Shown here: piece by piece, positions 1 through 9,561 of the stretch | Layout: each line of letters starts with the position of its first letter | Position numbering within the stretch: position 1 is the stretch's first letter | Assembly (NCBI GenBank): GCA_964551495.1 | Contig: CAZKCA010000001.1 | Coordinates: forward strand, 34,384 to 98,383 | DNA: 64,000 nt | Source: an uncultured Candidatus Saccharibacteria bacterium | GTDB taxonomy: Bacteria > Patescibacteriota > Minisyncoccia > Phycocordibacterales > DATDWN01 | Reading direction: 5' to 3' | Made by a program: the position numbers and the translations under genes | Notes under the pieces: generated by a model | The model's database searches: none | Told to the model about the DNA's origin: nothing | What the model saw: the letters and a program-made list of their open reading frames with translations, nothing else

Positions 1-342
1 ATATTTTTTTGTATAAAAAAAGCTATTAAAAAAGGTTTAGATAATTTAAATCTTGATCCAAAAAATACTCAGATACTCTTAGACGGGGGACTTAAGGCTC
101 CAGATGAATTTATTTTTCAAAAAACAATTATAAAAGGAGATGAAAAAGAAAAAATAATTGCATGGGCTAGTATTTTAGCAAAGGTAGAGAGAGATAAATT
201 TATGATTAAAATTTCCAAAAAATTTCCACATTATTTTTTTGAAATTAATAAAGGTTATGGGACAAAAATACACAGAGAAGCTATATTAAAGCATGGAATG
301 TCTGAGTTACATAGGAAGAGTTTTTGTAGAATATATTTATGA
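1..342 (+). CDS. rnhB: Ribonuclease HII, C-terminal part (5' end lies outside the window)
   Basis: Translation ends ...AWASILAKVERDKFMIKISKKFPHYFFEINKGYGTKIHREAILKHGMSELHRKSFCRIYL*. The KGYGTK(E/I)H...HR.SF tail is typical of RNase HII. The frame is open from nt 1 and the stop is at 340-342. Confidence 0.6.
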   Translation: MFFCIKKAIKKGLDNLNLDPKNTQILLDGGLKAPDEFIFQKTIIKGDEKEKIIAWASILAKVERDKFMIKISKKFPHYFFEINKGYGTKIHREAILKHGMSELHRKSFCRIYL

Positions 343-491
343 TTATGATTGCAAAACACCCTCGGTTTTTGTGAAATAAACCGCTCTTCGCTTGGCTCTC
401 GGCAAACTCGCTTCGCTCAAACAGGGCCTTCGCCTAGCGCTTATAGCTTTTATTTCAAACAAAAACCTGCGAATGTTTTGCAATCATAATC
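341..491. repeat. Family A intergenic palindromic repeat, copy A1 (reverse orientation), closed by a perfect 17-19 bp flanking inverted repeat
   Basis: Core cctcggtttttgtgaaataaa...ggcaaactcgcttcgctcaaaca...ctgcgaatgtttt is shared with the copies at 32641, 36052 and 40757. Flanks gattatgattgcaaaac (341-357) and gttttgcaatcataatc (474-490) are exact reverse complements. Confidence 0.7.
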
Positions 492-573
492 ACACTAAGC
501 ATACTTAAGTAAGTATGCGATTGATTTTTTTCAATCTTGTTTTTATTTTTATTTAATGTATACTCTCTATATT

Positions 574-801
574 ATGGTTGTAAGAATGAGACATACCAGG
601 TCACAGAGGGGAAATGTTAGATCACATCATAAACTAACATCTCCAGCTGTTACTTTGGATAAAGATACAAAAGTTCCACATTTAAGACATAGAGCTTCTT
701 TGGTTACTGGTACTTATAGAGGCAGGACTGTTATTGATGTGCAAGCAAAAATTACAAAGAAAGCAAAAAAGGCACAAGCAAATAAGAAAGAGGGTCGTTA
801 G
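574..801 (+). CDS. rpmF: 50S ribosomal protein bL32
   Basis: MVVRMRHTRSQRGNVRSHHKLTSPAVTLDKDTKVPHLRHRASLVTGTYRGRTVIDV aligns with the E. coli L32 pattern (RRSHDAL...VDK.SGE.HLRHH.T.DGYYRGRKV). Start is taken at the internal Met at 574 rather than 556. Confidence 0.8.
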   Translation: MVVRMRHTRSQRGNVRSHHKLTSPAVTLDKDTKVPHLRHRASLVTGTYRGRTVIDVQAKITKKAKKAQANKKEGR

Positions 802-864
802 ACCTTTTTCTTTTTGTTGTTTGTTTTTTTATAAATTTGTATAATGTCTTAGTATTATATAGAA

Positions 865-1752
865 ATGGCACAAAGGCACCTTTCCAGATCAATAGTATTA
901 CAAACCCTATTTGAATGGGATTTTAATAATAAAAACTCCGAAGAAGCTATGGAGATATTTTTCCGCGATGTGGAAGAGTTTGCTCCTGGTGTCGGAGATA
1001 CCTCCTTTATGGAAAATTTAATAAAAGGTGTTCTTGAAAAACAAAAAGATTTAAATTTGATTATAGAAAAAGCTGCTCCTGACTGGCCTATAGATAAAAT
1101 TAGTGTTATAGACAGAAATATACTTCGTATAGGCTTATACGAGCTTTTGTTTGCAGATAGATCAGAGGTTCCTCCAAAAGTTGCTATAAACGAATCAATA
1201 GAGTTGGCCAAAACTTTTGGGGGAGAAACTTCTTCTAAGTTTGTAAATGGAGTTTTGGGTGCTGTTTATAAAGAGCTGGGAGAACCAGGTAAAGAAGAAA
1301 CATCTAAAGATAAAAAAAAGAATAATAACAATAATGTTCCTATTGAATATTTGGTTGGAGCTGTTGTTTATGCCAAAGAAGGTGAAGATATCTATCTTGC
1401 TTTAGTTCATGATGTGTTTGGGCATTGGACTCTTTCTAAAGGTCATATAGAAGGTAAAGATCCAGATAATGAAGTTGTTAAAGTTATAGAAGAGGAGATA
1501 ACTTTACCTATTACAGTAAAAGAAAAGTTAGGTGGAAATGAGTATATAACTCATCATCCAGAAAAAGGAAGAATAAAAAAGAATGTTACTTACTACTTAG
1601 CAGAAGCTCCTTTTGTAGAAATAAAACTAACAAAGAGTGGGGGACTTGATGATGCTAAATGGTTTAAATTGGGAGACATACTAGACTTAAATTTTTATAA
1701 TGATATATTGCCTATTGTTACAAAAGCTATAAATATATTGCTTAAAAAATAG
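865..1752 (+). CDS. nusB: NusB antitermination factor fused to a C-terminal Nudix-like hydrolase domain
   Basis: The N-terminal ~140 aa are NusB-like (SRSIVLQTLFEWDF...NRNILRIGLYELLF...ESIELAKTFGGE). A KKKNNNNN linker follows. The C-terminal part has a Nudix-box-like segment GHWTLSKGHIEGKDPDNEVVKVIEEEITL (compare MutT GKLEFPGGKIEMGETPEQAVVRELQEEVGI). Confidence 0.65.
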   Translation: MAQRHLSRSIVLQTLFEWDFNNKNSEEAMEIFFRDVEEFAPGVGDTSFMENLIKGVLEKQKDLNLIIEKAAPDWPIDKISVIDRNILRIGLYELLFADRSEVPPKVAINESIELAKTFGGETSSKFVNGVLGAVYKELGEPGKEETSKDKKKNNNNNVPIEYLVGAVVYAKEGEDIYLALVHDVFGHWTLSKGHIEGKDPDNEVVKVIEEEITLPITVKEKLGGNEYITHHPEKGRIKKNVTYYLAEAPFVEIKLTKSGGLDDAKWFKLGDILDLNFYNDILPIVTKAINILLKK

Positions 1753-1792
1753 GTTGAAAATAATTTGTTTTTATGTTATAATATAGGTTAAT

Positions 1793-2482
1793 ATGGATTT
1801 TTCGGAATTTCAAAAAATAACAGGAATTGTGTTTAAAAATAAAGACCTTTTGACTCAGGCCTTTGTTCATCGTTCTTATATAAATGAAAATAGAAGTTTT
1901 GGGATTACTCACAACGAGAGGTTGGAATTTTTGGGGGATGCTGTTTTGGAGCTTGTTATTACAGATTTTTTGTTTAGAGAATATCCAGAAAAACCAGAAG
2001 GAGAATTGACCGCCTATAGATCTTCTTTGGTCAATGCTACTACTTGTGCAGATATAGCCACTAGACTTGGGATGAATAATTTTCTACTTCTTTCAAAGGG
2101 CGAGAGTAAAGATACTGGTAGAGCAAGACAATATATTTTAGCTAATACTCTGGAAGCTTTTATTGGAGCGATTTATCTTGATCAAGGTTATGAAAAAGCC
2201 AAAGGTTTTATAGAAAAAGAATTTACTCCACTTATTCACGATATTATTTCTGCAAAAAGTTTTATAGATTCAAAAAGTTTGTTTCAAGAAAAAGCTCAAG
2301 AGTTTGAAGGTATCACTCCATCGTATAAAACAATAAAAGAATCAGGTCCAGATCATGAGAAAAAGTTTACAGTTGGTGTTTATATAGGAAAAGATTTGGT
2401 TGCTACTGGTGAAGGAAACTCTAAACAAGACGCTGAACAAGAAGCTGCAAGGAAAGCTTTGGTTGCTAGGGGTTGGGAGTAA
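1793..2482 (+). CDS. rnc: Ribonuclease III
   Basis: RNase III signature NERLEFLGDAVLELV, with a C-terminal dsRBD (KQDAEQEAARKAL). Confidence 0.9.
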   Translation: MDFSEFQKITGIVFKNKDLLTQAFVHRSYINENRSFGITHNERLEFLGDAVLELVITDFLFREYPEKPEGELTAYRSSLVNATTCADIATRLGMNNFLLLSKGESKDTGRARQYILANTLEAFIGAIYLDQGYEKAKGFIEKEFTPLIHDIISAKSFIDSKSLFQEKAQEFEGITPSYKTIKESGPDHEKKFTVGVYIGKDLVATGEGNSKQDAEQEAARKALVARGWE

Positions 2483-2528
2483 TTTGACTTTTTACAAAAT
2501 TGATTTATTGTTGTTTTGGAGGTCAAAA

Positions 2529-2723
2529 GTGGAAAAAAGACAGGGAACTCGTATTACGGTAGATTTATCGGAAGAAGATTATAATATTCTATCATCTTTT
2601 GGTGGCAAAAAAGCTGAATTGATAAGGAGGTTAATAAGAATTTTTAATTCTTTAAGAAAAGGTGAATACAAGTTAGTATCTTCAGACGGTAAAGAAGTTC
2701 CTGTTAGATTACTTTTTATGTAA
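2529..2723 (+). CDS. Small ribbon-helix-helix-like protein (64 aa)
   Basis: GTG start with a GGAGG Shine-Dalgarno 8 nt upstream. TRITVDLSEEDYNIL is a beta-strand followed by helices, typical of RHH/CopG proteins. A terminator follows. The 107-aa ORF starting at 2400 overlaps rnc and is probably an over-extension. Confidence 0.4.
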   Translation: MEKRQGTRITVDLSEEDYNILSSFGGKKAELIRRLIRIFNSLRKGEYKLVSSDGKEVPVRLLFM

Positions 2724-2724
2724 A

Positions 2725-2752
2725 AAAGAGAGCCATGCTCTCTTTTTTGATT
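2725..2752 (+). terminator. Rho-independent terminator
   Basis: aaaaaagagagccatgctctcttttttg: GAGAGC/GCTCTC stem followed by a T-tract. Confidence 0.6.
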
Positions 2753-2922
2753 TTTCAGAAGAAAAACTAGTCGAAAGACTAGTTTTTTTGTACAATAGTT
2801 AGGTAATATCATGTATTCTGTAGTAGAAAATACAATCAATTGAATTTTATGACCATGTCGAGATTATTAAAAAATAATTTTGTAAATACCTCAAATAGAT
2901 TAAGGGTATTTTTCACTACAGG

Positions 2923-5175
2923 ATGTATCTAAAATCTATTGAACTTTTTGGGTTTAAAAGTTTCGCCAAAAAAAGCGAACTTACTTTTACTTCAAATGTT
3001 TCTGCTATTGTTGGTCCAAATGGTTCTGGAAAATCTAATATTGCCGAGGCTTTTCGTTTTGTTCTTGGAGAGCAATCTATAAAATCAATGCGAGGTAAAA
3101 AAGGAGAAGATCTTATTTTTAATGGCGCAGGAGACTTGCCTAGAGCAAATAGAGCAAGTGTTAAGGTTACTTTTGATAATTCAACTAAATTTTTACCGGT
3201 GGATTTTGAAACAGTGACTTTAGAGAGAATTGTACACAGAGACGGTGTAAATGAGTATCTTATAAACAATTCCCAGGTTAGACTTAAAGATATAATAGAA
3301 CTTTTGAATGCTGCTCATATTGGAGTCTCTAAACATCATATTATTTCTCAAGGTGAGGCAGATAGAATATTAAACGCTACCCCAAAAGAAAGAAAAGCAA
3401 TGATAGAGGATGCTTTGGGATTGAAGGTTTATCAATACAAAAAAGTAGAAAGTCAGAAAAAATTAGAAAAGACAAAAGAAAATATTGCCCAAGTCGAGTC
3501 TCTAAGGAGAGAGATAATGCCTCATATAAAGTTTTTGAAAAAGCAGGTTGAAAAGGTGGAAAAGACTATTCAGATGAAAGAGGAACTTAAAGCAAGAGCT
3601 TTAGAATATTGTAAGCGTGAAGAAGATTATATAAAAAAGGCAGAAGAAGATATTTTAGAAAAAAGAAAACCTTTAGAGGAACAAAAACAAAAACTAGATA
3701 AAGAATTGCAAGAAGCCAGATCTTTTTTGGAAAAATCTTCTCACAGAGATAACATGTCAGATGAGTTAATTTCTGTTGAAAAAAAACTCGGTGAGATACG
3801 TAGACAAAAAGACGATTTACTGAGAGAATCTGGTAAATTGGATGGAGAAATTTCTTCACTTGTTAGAATGATAAAAAAACAAGAAGAAATTGCTAATTCT
3901 TCTATACACAAAACAGTCCCTTTGGTGAGTATTGAAATTTTGAATAAAGAGATAGAACAAAAAATCAATACAGCAAAACAGAGGCAAGATATAAGAGAGA
4001 TGGTTTCTATACTAGATGAGATTAGTCAAGATATAAGAGAATTTATTGATAAAAATAAAGATAAGGTGGACGGTTCTTTGTTGGGAGAAGTTGAAAAAGA
4101 TTTGGAAAATCTTAAAAAATCAAAAGAAGAAATTTCTAAAAAAACAGAAGAAATTTTTAAACAGGAACAGGAAGTATCTAAAGATTATATAGATATTCAA
4201 AATAAGATAAACGCAGAAAAAGATTCAAATAGAGATGCAGAAAAAGCTGTTTTTAGAATTATGGCAGAAGAACAAGAAGTTATTGGCGGATTAAATAGAA
4301 TAAAATCACAAGAGGAAACACTGAGAATAATAAAAGAAGATTTCAAAAGAGAAATAACAGAACTTGCAATGATGCTTGGAAGAGAGGTTTTGAAATATGA
4401 GCATCTAAATTTTGAATATGAAGAAGATAGGAATTTGCAAGAAGAAAGAAGAAAAAATATAGAAAAAATTAAGATTCGTTTAGAAGATTCTGGTGGACTT
4501 GGAGGAGCAGAGGTTTTGAAGGAGTACCAAGAGGCAACAGAGAGAGATCAGTTTCTAGCTAAAGAGCTTTTGGATTTGGAAAATTCTGCCAATTCTATAA
4601 CCGAGCTTATAAAAGATTTGGAGAATAAATTATCAGTTGAGTTTGATCAAGGTATAGAGCAAATAAATAAAGAGTTTAGAAATTATTTTTCTTTAATGTT
4701 TGGAGGGGGAGAAGCTAGACTTTTTGTAATTTCTGCACCAAAGAAAAAATCTTCTAAAAATGAACTCGATGGGCTTTTAGGGGAAGAGACAGAAGACTTG
4801 GTAGAAGAAGAGGAGTCTGATGATGGAATAGACATAGATGTTTCTTTGCCTAGAAAAAAGGTAAGGGGACTTATGATGCTCTCTGGAGGCGAAAGAGCCC
4901 TGACTTCTATTGCATTACTTTTTGCTATTTCTCAAGTAAATCCTCCTCCATTTATTATTTTGGACGAAACTGACGCGGCACTGGATGAAGCAAACTCTAA
5001 AAAGTATGGAGACATGATAGAAAACTTATCGAAGTTTTCTCAGCTTATTGTTATTACTCACAATAGAGAGACAATGTCTCGAGCAGGAATACTTTACGGA
5101 GTAACAATGGGAAGTGGAGGAGGTTCAAAACTACTGTCTGTAGCTTTCGATGAAGCAGTTGCTGTGGCAAAGTAG
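2923..5175 (+). CDS. SMC-family ABC ATPase with a shortened coiled coil and no recognisable hinge (750 aa)
   Basis: N-terminal Walker A FKSF...IVGPNGSGKSNIAEAF. C-terminal signature LSGGERALTSIALLFAI, Walker B IILDETDAALD and QLIVITHNRETM. The middle is K/E-rich coiled coil. At about 750 aa it is far shorter than a canonical ~1150-aa SMC. Confidence 0.7.
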   Translation: MYLKSIELFGFKSFAKKSELTFTSNVSAIVGPNGSGKSNIAEAFRFVLGEQSIKSMRGKKGEDLIFNGAGDLPRANRASVKVTFDNSTKFLPVDFETVTLERIVHRDGVNEYLINNSQVRLKDIIELLNAAHIGVSKHHIISQGEADRILNATPKERKAMIEDALGLKVYQYKKVESQKKLEKTKENIAQVESLRREIMPHIKFLKKQVEKVEKTIQMKEELKARALEYCKREEDYIKKAEEDILEKRKPLEEQKQKLDKELQEARSFLEKSSHRDNMSDELISVEKKLGEIRRQKDDLLRESGKLDGEISSLVRMIKKQEEIANSSIHKTVPLVSIEILNKEIEQKINTAKQRQDIREMVSILDEISQDIREFIDKNKDKVDGSLLGEVEKDLENLKKSKEEISKKTEEIFKQEQEVSKDYIDIQNKINAEKDSNRDAEKAVFRIMAEEQEVIGGLNRIKSQEETLRIIKEDFKREITELAMMLGREVLKYEHLNFEYEEDRNLQEERRKNIEKIKIRLEDSGGLGGAEVLKEYQEATERDQFLAKELLDLENSANSITELIKDLENKLSVEFDQGIEQINKEFRNYFSLMFGGGEARLFVISAPKKKSSKNELDGLLGEETEDLVEEEESDDGIDIDVSLPRKKVRGLMMLSGGERALTSIALLFAISQVNPPPFIILDETDAALDEANSKKYGDMIENLSKFSQLIVITHNRETMSRAGILYGVTMGSGGGSKLLSVAFDEAVAVAK

Positions 5176-5234
5176 TTTTACTTATATATTTGTAAAAAGT
5201 TATAATTATTTTATATAAATTAAAATAATTATTT

Positions 5235-5774
5235 ATGTCAACAATAATTGTAGAAGAGTCTCCGCTTTCAAAATTTTTGTTTTCAAATACAAAAATGGCG
5301 TGGTTTTGGTTTATTGTTCGTTTATATTTAGGGTGGCAGTGGTTAGAGGCTGGATGGAATAAATTTTCTAATCCAGCTTGGACAGGTTCTGAAGCAGGAG
5401 CTGCTGTCTCAGGTTTTGTTAAGGGTGCTCTAACAAAAACAGAAGGACTTCATCCAGATGTCTCAGGGTGGTATGCGTTCTTTCTGGAAAATGTTGTTTT
5501 ACCAAATGCTTCTCTATGGTCTCACATTGTAGTTTATGGAGAAATACTTGTAGGAATAGGCTTAATAGTTGGAGCTTTCACGGGGATTGCTGCTTTCTTT
5601 GGTTTGTTTATGAATCTAAATTATCTTTTAGCAGGAACAGTTTCTACAAATCCAGTTTTGTTTGTTTTAAGTATTGGAATAATACTTGCTTGGAAAATAG
5701 CTGGTTTTTGGGGGTTGGACAGATGGCTTCTGCCTTTACTGGGAACTCCGTGGCAAAGAAAAATTGGAAGTTAG
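5235..5774 (+). CDS. DoxX-family membrane protein
   Basis: Hydrophobic four-helix DoxX-like sequence (WFWFIVRLYLGWQWLEAGWNKF...). Confidence 0.6.
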   Translation: MSTIIVEESPLSKFLFSNTKMAWFWFIVRLYLGWQWLEAGWNKFSNPAWTGSEAGAAVSGFVKGALTKTEGLHPDVSGWYAFFLENVVLPNASLWSHIVVYGEILVGIGLIVGAFTGIAAFFGLFMNLNYLLAGTVSTNPVLFVLSIGIILAWKIAGFWGLDRWLLPLLGTPWQRKIGS

Positions 5775-5837
5775 AAAAGAAGCCGGCAATAGCCGGTTTT
5801 CTTTTTAATACAAAATTAAATTGTTATAATTGTATTC

Positions 5838-7577
5838 ATGAATAATTTAATAGAAGAGATAAAAAGTTTTTTTAGTGGTGATGTGGAAAGTGCCGAGGAA
5901 GTTTTGGAAAAATATAGTACTGATGCAAGTTTGTTTAAAATACGCCCTCAGATTGTAGTTTTTCCTAAAAACTCAGAAGATATAAAAAAATTGGTTAAAT
6001 GGGTAGGGGAGAAAAAGGGAGAACACCCAGAACTTTCTATAACAGCTCGTGCAGCTGGGACATGTATGGCCGGAGGACCACTAAATACTTCTATTATTTT
6101 AGATACTACTAGGTACATGAATAAAGTTATTTCTGTAGAAAATACAGAAAAAAGACAAATGACTCCTATGTTTCCAAAAAGTGTTTCTGTGGAAGTTTCT
6201 GGAAAAGTGGTTGTAGAGCCAGGATGTTTTTATAGAGATTTTGAGAAAATTGTGGCAGAGAAAAACTTACTTTTACCATCTTTCACTGCTTCAAAGTCTA
6301 TAAATGCTGTTGGTGGAATGGTGGGAAACAATTCTGCTGGAGAACTCACTTTGCGTTATGGAAAAACAGAGGACTATGTCCGCGAACTTTCTGTGGTTTT
6401 TGAAGATGGAGAAGAATATGTAATAAAGCCTCTAAAAAAAGATGAGCTAGAGTCTAAAATGAATCAAGATAATTTTGAAGGAAAATTATATAAAAAGATT
6501 TTTGATTTGATAGAACAAAACAAAGATGAAATAAACTCAGCCAAACCTCAGGTCTCTAAAAATTCTGCTGGTTATACTCTTTGGAATATTTGGAATAACT
6601 CCTTTGGTGAAGAAGTTTTTGATTTGCCAAAACTTGTAGTTGGTTCTCAGGGGACTTTGGGAATTGTCACAAAAATTACTTTTGATTTGGTGGAGATTCC
6701 AAAGGCTTCAAAACTTTTGGTTATCTTTCTAAATAATCTGTCTATTTTAGGAGATTTGGTTTACGAACTTAGAACACTTAATCCACAAAGTATAGAGTCA
6801 TACGATGACAAAACTTTTGGTCTTGCCATGAAGTTTTTTGGCGATTTTCTTAAACAAAAAGGTGTTTGGGGTTCAATAAAATTTGGATTTTCTTTTTTGC
6901 CAGAGTTTTTTATGGCTTTGACAGGTGGAGTTCCAAAACTTATTTTACTTGTTGAATTTTCTGGAAACAATGAAGAAGAGATTCATCAAAGATGCTTGGA
7001 TGCTCAAAATAAAATAGAGCATTTTAAACTAAAAACTAGAGTAACAAAATCTGTTGCTGAGGCCGATAAATATTGGGCAATGAGAAGAGATAGTTTTGCT
7101 CTACTTAGAAAACACGTCAAAGGTAGGAGAACAGCTCCATTTATCGATGATATAGTGGTTAATCCAGAACACTTACCAGAATTTCTACCGAAATTAAATG
7201 ACTTGTTAGACGATTATCCTTATTTGGTATATACCATCGCAGGACACGCTGGAAATGGAAATTTTCACATAATTCCTCTGGTTGATATGAATGATGAAAG
7301 GGTTATTCCTACAGTTCTAGAGCTTTCTGAAAGAGTTTATGATTTAGTTAAAGAATATAAAGGCTCTATAACAGCGGAGCATAATGATGGAATAATTAGG
7401 ACTCCTTACCTAGGAAAGATGTATAACGAAAAAATCCTGTCTTTATTTTCCGAAGTTAAAAATATTTTTGACTCAAAAAATATATTTAATCCGGGTAAAA
7501 AAGTTGGAGCTACAAAAGATGATATAGTTAAAAATATAATTCCTCCAGATCACCCTCACCATCACCACGCATCTTAA
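5838..7577 (+). CDS. FAD-linked oxidase (GlcD / D-lactate dehydrogenase-like) with a His-rich C-terminus
   Basis: FAD_binding_4-like N-terminus (RPQIVVFPKNSEDIKKLVKWV...ITARAAGTCMAGGP). C-terminal oxidase domain. Ends ...PPDHPHHHHAS. Confidence 0.65.
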   Translation: MNNLIEEIKSFFSGDVESAEEVLEKYSTDASLFKIRPQIVVFPKNSEDIKKLVKWVGEKKGEHPELSITARAAGTCMAGGPLNTSIILDTTRYMNKVISVENTEKRQMTPMFPKSVSVEVSGKVVVEPGCFYRDFEKIVAEKNLLLPSFTASKSINAVGGMVGNNSAGELTLRYGKTEDYVRELSVVFEDGEEYVIKPLKKDELESKMNQDNFEGKLYKKIFDLIEQNKDEINSAKPQVSKNSAGYTLWNIWNNSFGEEVFDLPKLVVGSQGTLGIVTKITFDLVEIPKASKLLVIFLNNLSILGDLVYELRTLNPQSIESYDDKTFGLAMKFFGDFLKQKGVWGSIKFGFSFLPEFFMALTGGVPKLILLVEFSGNNEEEIHQRCLDAQNKIEHFKLKTRVTKSVAEADKYWAMRRDSFALLRKHVKGRRTAPFIDDIVVNPEHLPEFLPKLNDLLDDYPYLVYTIAGHAGNGNFHIIPLVDMNDERVIPTVLELSERVYDLVKEYKGSITAEHNDGIIRTPYLGKMYNEKILSLFSEVKNIFDSKNIFNPGKKVGATKDDIVKNIIPPDHPHHHHAS

Positions 7578-9496
7578 GCTAAAACGTAATCCAAAACTCT
7601 TCTGTCCATATCTGCAGAAACTACTTTAAATTTTACATCGTCTCCAAGACGGAAAGTTTTTCCGGTTTTTTCTCCTTTTATAGTGTAAGTTTTTTCATTT
7701 AGGGTGTAAAAGTCGTCTCCCAATTCTTTTAATTTGATCATTCCTTCGCACTTTGTTTCTTTTTCTTCTATGTATATACCCCAATCTGTCACTCCTGTAA
7801 TAGTTCCCATAAATTCTTCTCCAATATGGTTTTGCATATATTCAACTTGCTTGTATTTTATACTTGCTCTTTCGGCATCAGCAGCTTTTTTCTCTAAGTC
7901 TGAAGAAGCAAGACAAATTCTTTCAAATTTTTCGTATTCATTTTGTTCTATCTTTCCTCCTTTCAATTCTCTTTCTAAAAATCTATGAACTAAAAGGTCT
8001 GGATATCTTCTAATAGGGGAAGTGAAATGTGTGTAATAAGTAAAGGCTAGTCCAAAGTGTCCTATGTTTTTTGTAGAGTATGTTGCCTTTGCCATACTTC
8101 TGATTGTAGCTGTTTTTATCAGCTCTTCATTTGGTGTACCCTCAACTTCTTTTAGTAGTTTGTTTATGTCTCTTGAAGTTACTTCACCGTCTTTATTTCT
8201 TAGATTAAAACCTAAAGCTTTCAAAAATATTGCCAGCTCTTCTATTCTCTCTTTGTCTGGGACAGCATGGACTCTATAAACAGACTGACTGCCTTTTTTT
8301 GCAACATTTTTGTTTTGAGACATAAATATAAACTCTGCTACAGATCTGTTTGCCAAAAGCATATATTCCTCAACCAACTTATGAGTATCTAGTCTTTCTT
8401 TTCTGTAAACATCTATAGGTTTACCATTTTCATCCAAAACAAATTTAACTTCGTCAGTTTCAAAGTTTATTGCTCCATTTTGAAATTTTTTCTGTTCAAG
8501 ATTCTTAGCTATCCCATTTAATGTAAGTAATTCTTCTCTAAAAGGACCTTCTTGCTCACCATTTATAACTTTTTGAGCTTCTTCGTAAGTAAATCTCTTG
8601 TCACTGTGTATAACAGTTCTACCGAACCATTTATCCAAAACTTCACCTTTTCTGTTTATTTTAAACACAGCGGAAAAAGTGTATTTGTCTTCATTTGGAT
8701 TAAGAGAACAAAGATCATTTGAAAGAATTTCGGGAAGCATTGGTATGGTTCTGTCTACAAGATAGACAGAGAGACCTCTTTTTTCTGCTTCTTTGTCTAG
8801 CTTTGATTCTGGAACAACAAAATGAGAAACATCAGCAATGTGAACACCTATTTCAAAAGTGTCCTCGTTTATTTTTTCTAACGAAATAGCGTCATCAAAA
8901 TCTTTTGCATCAAATGGATCTATGGTCATTGTTGTGACAGGACGCATGTCTCTTCTTTTTGAAACTTCTTCTTCAAAATGATTTTTGTATTCATTTTTAA
9001 GTTTCTCCGCCTCATCTTCTACCTCTTTTGGAAATTCAATATCAAAACCTTTGTCTAAAACAATAGATTGCATTTCTGTATTATTTTCTCCAGCTTTTCC
9101 TATTATTTTTATTATTTTACCAAAAGGACCTTTTTGATCTTCATCTGTCATTTTTACTAGTATTTTGGTTCCATTTTCTATACCTTCTGCTTCTTTTTTA
9201 TCTAGAAATAAATCAACATACATTCTTTTGTCATCGGGTACCATATAGACTTCGCCATTTTTTTCTTGCAATACACCAACAAATTGATTTCTAGATCTTT
9301 TTATAAGTTTTTTAACTTTTCCTTGTTTTTTGCCAAAAAGAGTTTTGCCTGTTAATTCTATTTCAACCTCATCTCCATGGAAGGCTTTATTTAGATATTC
9401 GTTTTGAATCTCTATTCTTTCGTCTGTTTCTGTTATTGTGAAATAGCCAATTCCTTTTGTATTTATGCTTATCGGGCCTATTAAGTCTTTATTCAT
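7574..9496 (-). CDS. rnr: Ribonuclease R / RNase II-family 3'-5' exoribonuclease
   Basis: RNB-domain motifs (TIDPFDAKDFDDAISL, HIADVSHFV) and a C-terminal S1-like domain. Confidence 0.85.
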   Translation of the reverse strand: MNKDLIGPISINTKGIGYFTITETDERIEIQNEYLNKAFHGDEVEIELTGKTLFGKKQGKVKKLIKRSRNQFVGVLQEKNGEVYMVPDDKRMYVDLFLDKKEAEGIENGTKILVKMTDEDQKGPFGKIIKIIGKAGENNTEMQSIVLDKGFDIEFPKEVEDEAEKLKNEYKNHFEEEVSKRRDMRPVTTMTIDPFDAKDFDDAISLEKINEDTFEIGVHIADVSHFVVPESKLDKEAEKRGLSVYLVDRTIPMLPEILSNDLCSLNPNEDKYTFSAVFKINRKGEVLDKWFGRTVIHSDKRFTYEEAQKVINGEQEGPFREELLTLNGIAKNLEQKKFQNGAINFETDEVKFVLDENGKPIDVYRKERLDTHKLVEEYMLLANRSVAEFIFMSQNKNVAKKGSQSVYRVHAVPDKERIEELAIFLKALGFNLRNKDGEVTSRDINKLLKEVEGTPNEELIKTATIRSMAKATYSTKNIGHFGLAFTYYTHFTSPIRRYPDLLVHRFLERELKGGKIEQNEYEKFERICLASSDLEKKAADAERASIKYKQVEYMQNHIGEEFMGTITGVTDWGIYIEEKETKCEGMIKLKELGDDFYTLNEKTYTIKGEKTGKTFRLGDDVKFKVVSADMDRRVLDYVLA

Positions 9497-9561
9497 ACCG
9501 GCTATTTTAACAGAAAATCAAAACATTGACCAATTTAGCTTATTTTGTTAATATACTGCGT

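Noticed and set aside
2400-2723. 107-aa ORF as annotated in the track
   Set aside because: Its first 43 codons overlap the rnc 3' end in another frame. A GTG at 2529 with a GGAGG Shine-Dalgarno gives a sensible 64-aa RHH-like protein instead.
5468-5845. 125-aa ORF overlapping doxX
   Set aside because: It is out of frame inside a good membrane-protein gene, with Cys/Phe/Ser-rich junk composition.
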